Source of the DNA: Balanoglossus misakiensis | Taxonomy: Eukaryota; Animalia; Hemichordata | DNA length: 64,000 nt | Direction: 5' to 3' | NCBI GenBank assembly: GCA_040954595.2 | Contig: CM082594.2 | Location: 9,986,296 to 10,050,295 of the forward strand | Shown here: positions 29,001 to 41,445 of the stretch, piece by piece | Numbering within the stretch: the stretch's first letter is position 1 | Layout of the letters: each line of letters opens with the position of its first letter | Program-made: the position numbers and the translations under genes | Notes under the pieces: model-generated | What the model saw: only the letters and a program-made list of their open reading frames with translations | Told to the model about the DNA's origin: nothing | The model's database searches: none

Positions 29001-32000
29001 TACATATGCCCACTAGCCATACTCTCTCTGTGTCTGTGGGGCATGTTGCAATCTTGGCACTGCACTGTGTAGTCAGCCGTTGGCTTGCCTTGGATGTTGT
29101 CCTCTGTGAATTGCATACTGTAATCCTCCTGCTCTGACGTGTTTTGAACCTGCGTCTGGTTGAAATTGGGCCGGTACTTGTTGGGGGCATCACTCCTCAG
29201 CATTCTATCGTAGTGACCGGAGACGTTGAGGTAGTTTTCGCGACTGGGATTGTTACGGAAATCCGGTTTCTGGGCGTGTTCATGCCGGAAAGCTTCCGCC
29301 GGAATCTGCCTCCTGGATGTGATGCTTTCGTCGGAATACTTCAATGCGTAGTCAATTGTTGTGTCCATGTCGCCTTCCATTTCGTGCGACACACTCCCAA
29401 CTGCAGTAGGGAAGCCAAACTTCTTATCCGGGTGCTTGCTCAGCGCGTTCAATGTACTGTCCACAGAAAAGGAATGATCTATGGGTTGTCGGTGATACGG
29501 CAGTCTTGTGTGAGCCCCCATGGGATCGCTGGTTGTACTGTTGATACTTTCATTCGATGTTCGTTTGGCGTACATGTGGTTGCCTTGACTCTCCATACCA
29601 AAGCTGTAGGAGTTGGAGCGACTTGTGAGATTAGAGAGGTCGGCGTTCCCAAAGGTCAAGGAGTTGGAACGGGTACAAATTGGTTTCTTAGGCTGAGATG
29701 GTTTCTTGTTGACGGCCTTATTGTCTTTGGGTATAACTTCCTTCTCTTCTCTTTTCTCAGATTCCATGTTATTTCCAGACTTAATCCCAGCATGCATTGC
29801 AACTTCCTGCATCACCTGAAGGAAAATAGAATGAGAATCATGATTAAGATGCTGTATACCAATTGGTTCAGACAGGAAGATTGAACAATTTCATATAATA
29901 ATAATATGTATGGTCCATAACAAAAACATTTGCAAGCCACTGAACACAGGGAAATCATGAAACCTACAACCGGGACAAAACTCGATCTTACCTTTGTAAG
30001 TCGACTGGATCCCACTTTAGTTTTGCTGCTTTCTTTCGTCTTCTCCAAGGAATGTACTTCTTTGTTATTTTCTATCACTTTTCCTTTGTCCACACTGTCC
30101 AACTTTGCTTTGTTATTTTCCTCTTCCTGTTGTAGTTGTTGATGTTGTTGTTGTTGTTGTTTATCCACACCCGGTGAGCCAGCATTTGGGTGCAGCAACC
30201 TATTGTCCAGTATCTGGCCAGGCATCCGATTGGCCGGAGAGTGACCTCTGGGTGACCTTGACCTGTGTCTGTTGTCCTGTATTCTTGTCAAGTCATTGGC
30301 CGGCCCGGGCCCTGCGCCCCCTTGGAACATCCTCTGTTTCACACGAAGCGACAGCCTTCTCGGGAGACTGGGAATTCTAGCCAGGTCCTTCATATCCATG
30401 TCTCTTTTTCCGTTCGTCTCTCTCTGATGCAGCTTGTCCAGATCCGGGTTGTTTTCCTGCAGGTTTTTCTCGATGTCCGCCTCAAGCGCCCTCTGTTTCC
30501 TCACATGAAGAGACGGAATGCCATCTTTCTGCAGAAGTTCGCCACGTTTCATGAGTTCCGGCCTTGCAGTCATGAGGTTACGTAGAGCGGCCGAGCTGCC
30601 CATAGCAATCATTTTGTGTTTTGAATTCACCAAGTTCCGCAGCATACTGACGGCACCCATCTCCCACAGTGCTTCCTGGTCCTTCTGGTTTCGAGCTGAC
30701 AAGTTCCACAAAGTGCCACAGGCATTGCTAACAATCGTTAAACTCGGCGAGGCTAAGTTGCCAAGCAGAACTTGAAGGCAGTTGTGATCGCGCAAAATCT
30801 GTCGCAAGTCCTCCCGTGTCGCAATATGACTAGAGACATTTCGAAGTATCCCGCCGGCATTCTCCACAACAGTCAAAGTCCTTGACGGGCTTTTATAGTT
30901 CAGGGTTTGCACAAGGAACGCTAGAGCACCATCCACTTTACAGATGTCGGCTTTATTCTCTGTACAGTGTGCGGAGAGATTCCACAACGCACTCAAGATT
31001 GACTTCAGAGTTGATTCCTTCTTGACCTGCACAGCCGACTCCATCAAGGCAGTGACGGAACCGACCTCTCGAAGAACGTTCTTGCTCTGCAGATCGGCCC
31101 TCCAGGAGAGATTTCTCAAGACGCTGGCCACCACCTGGCGAAGATCTTCACTGTCCGATTTCAGCTGAGCCACAAGAGCTTGCATACAGCCTTTAAGGGA
31201 GCACAGTAAGGCTTTGTTGGCACCGTCTCCAAAGGTCAGATTGGTGAGAGCCATGCCCGCATAGCGTCTCAGTGTATTACTGTACTGGTCACCACTGTTA
31301 CTGTTCATTTCATAGTCAAGTTGCAATAATTCAGCTATAGCTTGAAGGCCACCTAGGGGTTGGATAAACAAGAAAGAGATACAAATTTTAAAAGTCTTAA
31401 TCTTGCATTCTTGAGGAGATCAGTTTGATTTTCCAAGATAATATTTGACTTGCAAACGTAAAGCACAATACTGCGATAGTGAAGGTAAAGCAGACTCTCA
31501 CCAAGTTGGCACATGGCACTTCTGTGTTCTTCATCAAATGAAAGTTTCATGAGTGCAGCAACAGCTGGGCCAGGATGATGATCAATTGTTGACTGTCGGG
31601 AACCTGAAATGTGAAAAAGGAAGATTATTTAAGATTGCGATGGCACAGAATGTACAACAAAGATGCACAGACAACATGAAGCTTCAAAGTGTCTGATCCA
31701 AACTCTGCTGATTGGAGGCGCTAATCAGGTTGGGTTCTCACCATTATTATCAGCATTACTTTCTTGGTCTCCGTCGCCATCTCGAAGGGAATCACAATGC
31801 GCCCGGATTTGCTCCAACAACCGCAAGACCCTGGCTTCTTGCCGGCCTCTCTTTTCATCCGGATGGGAATGTACAATGTTGTGGAGAGCAGCAGCTGCCC
31901 TGGCCCTAGCTTCTTTACTGCCCCGGGTGTCTCCAAGCAGGGAATCTTTCTCCGGTCCATGCAGGAGTTGGATTAGTAATGGAAGACAGCCTGTGTGGAA

Positions 32001-35000
32001 CCAAATCAGATTATACAGTCTATGTTAAAGGGCAAAAATGATCCAGAAGGTAAAATAATACCGCATTAAGGTAGACTGCACCTCGAAGATACAAGTCTTA
32101 AACTTTTTCTCTCACTAACACAGTCTGATGTACATGTACATACAGTATATGACCTTGCCTGCTAACCTTGGATAGATTACAAACATGACGAAAGTGAACC
32201 CACCTGACTGTCTCATTGCAATACAGCTGTCTTGTGAACTTGACATTGCTAGTAGCGTCCTAGACATATCATCTTTGTCATGAGTACCCAGCATAGACAG
32301 CAGTGAGTATACCATCTCAACCTAGAATTGACAGATACATAAAACTATAGATATAATGATCTGCATCATATTGTCTCTGTTAATGCCTGTAGTTTATAAA
32401 AAACATTAGGATGTTTTGCTAACACAAACTGGCATAAAAACTTGTTTGTCTCGGAGTATTGGGTAGAGTTTGAGGAAGTTTCAAATGTCAAATGTAACAA
32501 ATCTGTGAGGCAAGGAATTACGTGCCAGGGTCCTTTTTAATAAATAATCTTATGCTGCAAGGTGAGTGACAACACCTTGCAAACTAAGCTCTGTGTTTTT
32601 GTTATTTTATTCACACGAGAGAATGCAACTTGTGGTAAGATTTTACATAAATCTAAATATCTCACATCCAGACAGATTTTGCCACATTAAACTTTCAGCC
32701 ACAAGACATAGACAACGCATGGCTAGTTGACCACCCTTTTCAAAGTGCAAACTTTCCACTAGTTAGGTTTAGACAGGTTTATATGGAGACATGCGAACTT
32801 TAGGAGATCCTCTTAGCTAATATCAACATATCAGGTTAAAACAGGATGTGTTCCTGTACAAAAAACTTCCAAACTTTTTGTGAATACTCCGAAACAAAAT
32901 AGATTTTCAAATACCTTACCATGTCCCTGAGTAGTGGATTATGCTTGGCCGAAGTGGAGACAGGCCGAGAAATATTTTGCAAGATTTTATGGTATTTGTG
33001 TTGCAGATTGATACTGCTGTGAAAAGCTAAACATTCCACTCACTCTCGGTGGGCAAACTTCTTCACAAATATCCCCCAATTACAAGAAAACTCTGTCAGA
33101 TCTATAGCAGTTTTGAACTCAAAAGAATGTCGGCCGAGAGATTTCTAACTGTGAAAAGTCTGGTGATAGTTGGAACAGAATGAATGATGACAACTGGCGG
33201 CTGTTGATATCTACGCAATGAAATTTCCCTCCAAGGTCAGTTTGACACTTATGAGGCATTTCACAAGTGCCGCTCAATGACCAAGGACTAATTCCACGGA
33301 AGTCAAATGACATGCCAGTTTATACGTGCGTGTGTAACTTATGTGTCTATGTAGAAAACCCTCTCAGATCAGTGCTTCACTCGATCTGCATGCATGGGAG
33401 AACACTTGGGATTTTATAAACCGACTTCCAGATTTGCAACGAGGAGTACAGGTCAGTCTTTGAAATGGCTGCAGCATTTTTCAGATGATCATGAAATACC
33501 CACATGCAAAGAGCAAATTCCGCCCTGTCCACCCCTTTAACCTCTGCATTTATGGTCTAACCCCATACATTCCAATGGTAAGCTTGGACTATACTGCAAT
33601 GGGGCTGACAGTATTAGAGTCGATATTTGATGGCAGATCCCCAGTGCTTCCAAGATGCATTTTATTAGCAATTTATCCTAGATTCTTGAATCCATGTACC
33701 CAACAGTCACACATCTTACCAGCAGGCTTTTAATTGCCTTTGCATGCTTTACCATTACAGATATGACCCAGGTATGACCACATGACCTATGACCTAAAAC
33801 ATGGGATGCATAATCTAGCCAATCACCAAAATGTTCACAGATATAAACAGATTCGTTGTGGTGTGTTATATTATAATAGAGAAAAGTATTTAGGCTTTTT
33901 TCATGTGTATTTATCATCTAAATATTTCTAACAAATGCATGTAAATTCTGACCGTCATCATTTTGCTGATTGGCTGCATGAAGTGCATGATCCAATGGTA
34001 GACAGATGAACTAAGAAGTTACAATACCCCAACATGGAGATGAAATCATGTGTTATATGAAATGAGCAATGACACACCTTAGTCCCAAGCTGGGCGTTAC
34101 TCAGTTTCCGAGTTCCAGAGCAGGATGAACTAGAAAAACTGACCATGCTGGCTGTCTCTTGATGCTCGGAGGTCAATCGCACCGGCGTACTACTGCGATC
34201 CATGGGCCAGGCACCGTGATAGATGGACTGTGGAATATTAACATTAGGTGAAGGCATTGAGCCGTTGTCAGCAGACAAGTGTGCATAGGGGTTGCTGCTG
34301 CTGTTTGCATAGACCTCGGATGTTTGTGTTGCTATGGTGACCATACGGGTGCCGTTGACCGTGGTGACGACGGTGTTGTGATGGTGGTGGTTGCGGTCTT
34401 TGCCATCGGTGTCGCTGAGAAAGCCACTGTCTCTGCCGCGGACAATGGGACCCTGGAAATGAAACAGCGTTTGATGTGAAGGTGGTGAGGAATGGAAGCG
34501 AACACAGCAAACAAACAGACGTATCCATAACAACAGGAGACGAGATAGATCAAGGAGTATACACAAAATGAGACAGTATAGTAGTAAGATTACGATTATT
34601 GGACAGGAGGTGGAGAAGGAAAAAAGGCATTAATAGGGAATAGGCCAACAGACAAACAGGTAGACATAGACAAACACTGAGGACAGACATGCAAGCAAGT
34701 GATAAGATGACCTACAAAATTGTAAAACTGTGTTGAAGTATTAAAATTTGGCAAAATCCTTTATTCACATCATGTTAGCAGTTGCAACATAGTCGTCTTT
34801 TCTCTTCACAGCAAAATTTTCCTCACTGAAAATTGTAAACACTTCATACATGAAGTGGCATGAACAATCTTTCAAGGAGATACAAACTCACCTGTCTGGT
34901 GTTTATTTCGGCAGTGTTGACTCCATGATCTACACGTTGTACTTCCGGACGACTTTCGCCATTATTTGCATTTCTTTCAAATAAATCGCAGCTGCCGGAG

Positions 35001-38000
35001 TCTCTTCTGTCATCTTGATCCTCTCCCCTCATCTGTCATGAAAACAATCAAGATTCTTCACTACAGACCTCGTCTGTCTCAGAGTGGGTACAGCGCCCCC
35101 ACAGGCAAGAAGTGCAAGCATTTGGCACCAAAATAATAACATTGCAGAGTCTATTTGAACAGCAAGGATTTCTCGTCTCTTACCTCTCGGCCCACCTCAT
35201 CATAACGCTGTTGAAGCCTTAGCATCTCCTTCTCCAGCAGTCTCACCCGATGGATCCTCGTCTCATATCTGGCCTGCATGTCAGCAATCGCACCAAGTCT
35301 CTGCTGCATTGCTTCTCTCAGTTGCTTGGCTTCGTACTCCAGCTGCCTGCGGGTCATGTCGTTTTGCAGTGAATACTAAAACAAGAAAGAAAACATTTCT
35401 TTGTGATTATCATCCTACACTCAGATACAACACTGAGAAGAATGCTGTTATTATAAACAGCTGGTTCTTGTTCCACTTTTTAACACGAGTGTTCAGAATG
35501 TAAATGATTGTCAGATGAATACACACACCACGATGTCACATTCTACAAGACTTCAACATCTCCGAGCAACATGATCCAGCAATACAATAGAAACCTGTGT
35601 AGCTAAACATTCATACACACCACCTGCCCTTGAAAGTCAGAATCCCTCACGCAATATTAAGACGCAATCAATATCAATGCTGTGAATAGTGCAAGACATT
35701 TCCTGAATGTATCATCACAACCGCGGCATGGAAACAAAATCCAAAGAAAAACTAAAATCAATATCGCCAGTGATATTAGTCATTAATATCTTGTTTGCTG
35801 TTAAAAGCTTGGCAGTTTCTAATATAATCTTCTTGAAGTCGATTCAATGATTTAACTTACAGTTTCTGTTATTGGCAGACTATCGATTTTCTGTGTTAGA
35901 GATTGCATCTGTGTGTAATACCATTCCTTTTCCTTCTCTTCCGCTTCCACATCTCGGAGAATTAATAATCTGCAAAAAGGAGAAAAAAAATACAACGAAA
36001 TACATCAGGTGATGATCAATTTAACACTGATGAGGTTTAACATGAGTCAGTTTTATGGAGGAGGACTCTAGAATCAATATGGCCGACACACACTGTCACT
36101 CCTGAAAATGAGGTCAATTTTATACTGAATCAATGAATTACTTTCTCTTTGCTGAATTACTTACTCTATGTCAATACCAGTTTTAACTCATCACTCCTAT
36201 TTACATGTATATGTATAACATTTTCCATATTTTTTCTGTTCACTATTAAGTCACCATACCTTAGTCATATCACAGTACCTTACCTGTGACCGGTTTGTGA
36301 GTGAATCGCGAATTATACACAGAGTGAAGCAATGCAAGACCCTCTAGAGCTGTTTATGTCTACCTCCTGATCCAATTAATGAAATTAACTAGTCTCTATC
36401 AAACCTCCCGACATTTCTATACACATGACGCCTGATGACGACGAATTTCTAAGCTACCATCTGCCCAATTTGGACGCCGTCTCACCGGTGGAAAGATTGC
36501 TGACATGATGACAGAGCTGTTAAGCTCGTGTGAAAACCCACGGTGCCCCTCAGATGACAATGAAATATGTGTCATCCCCACAGGTATTCAAATGATGCAC
36601 ACTGCTGACATGCATAATTACACACCTGCTTGTCACGGAGAAGGCAAGTCAGACTGTCCCAAAACAAGACAGAATAATTACATTTTTTAATATTGATCCG
36701 TCTGCAATCCTAACATAATGCCATGAATATGGATATTGATCCGGGAGAATTCAATGGTGAGAAATTTACCATCACAATGACCTCTAATGTTTAATATCAC
36801 GGAAAGACTTTCGGAGTTAATCTCTGGCAGGAATTTGCAATTTCTGTTTTGTAATTGGAGCATGACGTAAATGGGCTGATTCGTAAGGTTTCAAGGATTA
36901 TCACGCAGCCACAGTGTGATGAGAGGAAGCCATTTTAAATCCTTCAACAGAGCTGTGGAAGGACTCTCTTCTTCACAGTCAGTTCAAGACACCGTGGAAT
37001 ATCAAAAATAGTAAATGATCACTGCATGATTTGATTGTTTTGGATTCTCTACTCAACTGACACTGCTCAAGCACCCTTTGGTACAATGACTAAACTGCCA
37101 TAAAGTGTAATACACTTGTCTTTTAATATTTTGGGTCTTTCACAGGATCACTTGCAGCTTTTGGTTCTGGTTAGCTTAGTCATAATAAGGATTAAAAATT
37201 CATAAAGATTTCACAAAAAATTCTGACATCATCCATCAAAATTTATCACCTGTGAATTCTCAGTGGTTTTCAAGACCTAATCATCAGCCACAACAGACAA
37301 TAGTCTCTGTCATTTTAATTTCCAATTATTCTTTAATAATCATGTCGATTATGATTTCCGATTGACTGCAGCCATTAAAGTTGACGTCATCCATTGTAGA
37401 AATATGTCCATTAATTTTAATGATGGCGTTAACATGACACTTCACTTGAAAGACAGAAATGACCCCAAATATATCCCAAGTTAAATTCTACATGTTTAGT
37501 ATGAGTTTACATTGATGGTTACTAAAAAATGTTTCATGCCCACTTCAGATTCAAATGTCAGTTTTCGAAGGAAACGTCAGAATGATTGCATCAAATGGAG
37601 GGATGGTAATTATTATAACTGACAGGTGTTAATAGTGTCAATGGCTCTGACTGTGGGTTTTCCTTCGCACAACCCCATTCACCATTACCTGCTCTCTTTC
37701 AAATGAATTTAAAAAGCAAAATAAGTGCTTTCACACAGAACAATGGCAACATCTGCAAGCTCTGATAGACATAGCTATTAGCATATGAAGCTCACGAACA
37801 CACGACAAGTTAACTGCATTTGTTGTGGCTTTCAATGCAAGTTAAAGTATGGGGAGTGCTCAGGCAATTACCAACACATTTGAACTTGGACTGGAAAACC
37901 CACTGCTGCGTTGAGTGACAGAATGACATCTGCATTTCACAGTCAAAGAAAGCATCATTACTTGGATTCTGAACGAACCTAGTAAAAGCTATGACAAGAG

Positions 38001-41000
38001 TTCACATCTGCACTTGATGTATGTACAATGTGCATGTACATTTGTAGCAAACCACTGGCATATATGACAAATTATGATTGCCGCACTATGGATAATCAGG
38101 GACAATTATTCAGTTTTGACAGTTCAAGATAGCAGTGACAGGCATCACTCATGTCACAGCAACAAGAAATAAATCGAACTGACTTGAACTATCTCTCTTC
38201 TTTAGAATTTTATTTATAATTGTCATCACATTGACTCACACATAAATAATTAGACCAAACAGTTTGGCATAATTTTCACTGACTAATGCAAACATGAACT
38301 GACAGACAGACACACACGCAGAAAGCTGCACACAATTCTAGGTTCTTATTATACAATTATGGTTGACTATTTTGACAGGCAGGCATTGTTGGTTATGGGA
38401 ATAATTCTGATGAAATTTGATTAACCAGTCCAAAACCTGACCTCTGAGGTACAGTTCCCTTGGCTCACAAAGTACAACAGCATGCTGAGACGCCCAGCAG
38501 TTTATTTTCAAGTGTCAAAAGAAATAGTTTCAAATGCCTTGTAGAACGTACTGCCAAGTGATTGTCAACGAAAACAACATTTTCATGAAAGAGAGAACAG
38601 CTTGATTTAATCTATTCAAAACAGATCTATCCAATTTCAGAGTGCGTCATGGGTGTGTTCAATAATATCTGCACTGCATTCTCCATACTTTCACTGACTA
38701 AGTCCCAACCTACAATTTCAAACCAGAAAATGTTGTAGTATAGCTTTCAATACCAGACCAGAGTTAATTGTTTAGGACAACAAAACCAAAATTAGCAAAC
38801 TCACCTGGAAAATATTAAAATAGATTCTCACATTGACACGATTAATGGTTATTTTCCTTCTAACAAACAGCTAATCCCTCTCCTGCATAGCGTGAAATGA
38901 CCCAATATGGCTGCCTGTTCTTGTATCACCATAGTAACAGCATGATTCCATCACCATTCTCACCCTATCGTGTTACACTGATATCTATATTGATATTTTC
39001 TATTATATCTCAACTCAAGTACTTTTGTGTCAATGGGAATTTTACCTTCCATAAACAATGGGTCTTTATAGCTGCTCACAAAAGCCATATGTATTTCTTT
39101 CAGATGGTACGCTGTGGGCGATTGGTTGCTTGACAGCTTTTTACTAGAAATGTACATATCTGATCCAATGATTTAACACTTTATATTCCTTAGATTCAAA
39201 ATATCATGTGTGTTGTGTTGATAATATTAAAATTTTTAACTTAACCCTCCTTTGCATAGATTACACGATCACTCACCTCTCGTTATCCAATTCTTGGAGT
39301 CTGGCTAAGATTTCAAGCGACAGCTTACTCCGCGGCGTACTTCTGCCGGAAGATCCGCTGTGATAGCTGCCGGTGCTCGTACTTGCGGAAGACCGACTGG
39401 AAAAGGGACTGTGTGGTGCTTTGGGACGTAACGGGACACCGTTGGCAGACATCTCAGCAGGCGACTCGTCTGTGAAGAAGCAGATATGAAACAAGAATGA
39501 CATCATCAGTGATGAGGGACATCATGTCTCTGTGCTTATCTTTCTTAATTTGCCGAGACAATGAAAAATAAGGTCACACCTGTCAGCCAGTCTTATCAAT
39601 GAAATGTCATTATCACCACTGTGACAAGAAATTATTTACTTTCATCAATATCACCGGTATAACTCATGAAAAAACACTTCACAAACAAAAGCACATGTAT
39701 TTTTGATTGAATATCGCAATTCTGTTTGTCTACAATTTACTGTTGTCATGTTTGGCAGCAAAAGAGATACCGTGAGCAGGTCTAAATTATTCAATAACTA
39801 GAACATGCGCCGTATCATTCATACTTCAGTGGGAATTACTTTTTGCTTGATCTGTTTTGATGGATGGCAAACGCTATGCAATTTTAACACTTAAGGCCAC
39901 ACCCGATGGCAATCAAATTCCGAATTAACCCAAATGTCTTCTTGACAACTTTGACATTCAGAAGACTGAGAAAAATTTCTCATAGGCATCACAAACTTCC
40001 TCAGCAAGAAGACTGTTTCGCACCTTCATAACCACACTGGCGTTTTATTTATGGCCGTCCACGGCAGGCAACATATGCTCCCATTTCAACAAATAACAAG
40101 CAATCTAAATGCACATAATCCCCTATCTAAATTTCATAGCTTAATAACTGGAGAGAGTCTGGCTGGTGAGGGATTGAAACATCAAGAGGTCAACAGCAAA
40201 GCTGTAGTGAACTTGTGTAGAAATATGATGGAGATGACAGCTGAGGATTGACATGCCTACTGCAATATTCAAAGCAAAGCTTAATAGAAAAGTACAATGA
40301 CAGCTAGTTTATTATTTTCAACACTCCCATATCAATTATAAACCCAGTAGTCTATCATACATGTAGATAACAATGGGCTCATACATCTTGTTGGGGAATG
40401 CTGGGTGTTCATCTCTGCTGTGGGGTGGCAGAAGTCATGCAGAAGAGCAAGCTTCACCCCCAATCTGTCAAACACTGAGCCATTCTGGATGCAACAAATC
40501 GTAGACAATCAAACATCTATAGTCCCATTTCACTCAAATATCACATGATCACACCTATCTATTAGCAGCTAAAGAATTGATTAAAACGGCAAGAAACAAA
40601 TTCTTGCTATCATGAATTGACTGCATTGTACATATATGTATATAATCATATTTAACAGTGGAAAATGCATGACTTTTATGTTTCACAGCATTCATGCAGA
40701 ATTAATAAGTATTCCCCAGCACGCAGGAATTTGATTTTATCTTTTATTTGACGTAAAAAGCCATAAAAGAGAGAAGTAAAATTTCTGCAATCAGCACTGG
40801 GGAGATGAAAGGGCCAGACAAAAGATGTGAATTTACTCAGCAAATCAATGCGGACAACCGTTCTATTTGTCGCTACAAGCCATTTCCATTAAAAAAAAAC
40901 TGTGCCATTAACAAGGAAGTGTTGCAATGCTTTTTGGTAAATTGGGCCGTCTGTGATTACATGCAGTTCAAAGTGTGTTCCATATAATAAATCCACTTGG

Positions 41001-41445
41001 ATCTGTCATGCTGTTGATCAGGGTTGAATTTACACTCTGCCATTGAAAGGTGGTGGTTATTATATACATGTAAACTGGGGCAACCACATGTCCAAAACCT
41101 TCCAATACGGGCCACTGTCCCTTTAAGTTTAACAGCAACAGGACAGTATGAAATAGCGCCCTCTGGAGCAGCAGCTGAGCCTCAGAAGAAGAACCAACAC
41201 TTACTGTTTGAATTTTGATCTACACTATCAGGCACATTGGCAGCACTCAGTGAAGCATCTTGGCTTGGCTCTTCGTCATGCATACTTGTCTGTATATGAG
41301 TTAACACATCTTTCATATTAGACGCTTCACATTCTAGTTTGGTCAGATGGCTGGAGTTGTCTTGCAGCTCCTGACGAAGATGCGAGTTTTCAGCTTTCAG
41401 CGATTCAACTTGTTGTAGTAATTGGTCGTAAGACGACACAGCCAT
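23039..41445 (-). CDS. APC: Adenomatous polyposis coli protein, about 3285 aa; exons 41445-41205, 39469-39277, 35969-35861, 35375-35184, 35032-34892, 34452-34078, 32321-32204, 31990-31742, 31603-31502, 31352-29992, 29815-23039
   Basis: N-terminal coiled coil MAVSSYDQLLQQVESLKAENSHLRQELQDNSSHLTKLE. Also DMTRRQLEYEA, LGTKVEMVYSLLSMLGTHDKDDMSRTLLAMSSSQDSCIAMRQSGCLPLLIQLLH and armadillo repeats (LRRYAGMALTNLTFGD...). 15-aa and 20-aa repeats, SAMP motifs, a basic region and the PDZ-binding end YLVTSV. The exon sum of 9858 nt is in frame. Confidence 0.97.
25755..25886 (-). repeat. Coding degenerate 21-nt minisatellite encoding (S)PAGRGx repeats in APC
   Basis: Translation PAGRGTGIPQAGRGTSPAGRGVSPAGRGSSPSGRGGSPAGRGIS. 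Confidence 0.85.
30125..30161 (-). repeat. Coding (CAA)n polyglutamine tract in APC
   Basis: Translation QQQQQHQQLQQ; + strand tgttgttgttg. Confidence 0.85.

Noticed and set aside
23289-31168. Numerous + strand and off-frame ORFs overlapping APC (for example 24726..25457 and 29144..29884)
   Set aside because: These are antisense or alternate-frame shadows of long, relatively GC-rich coding exons, with no recognisable domains.
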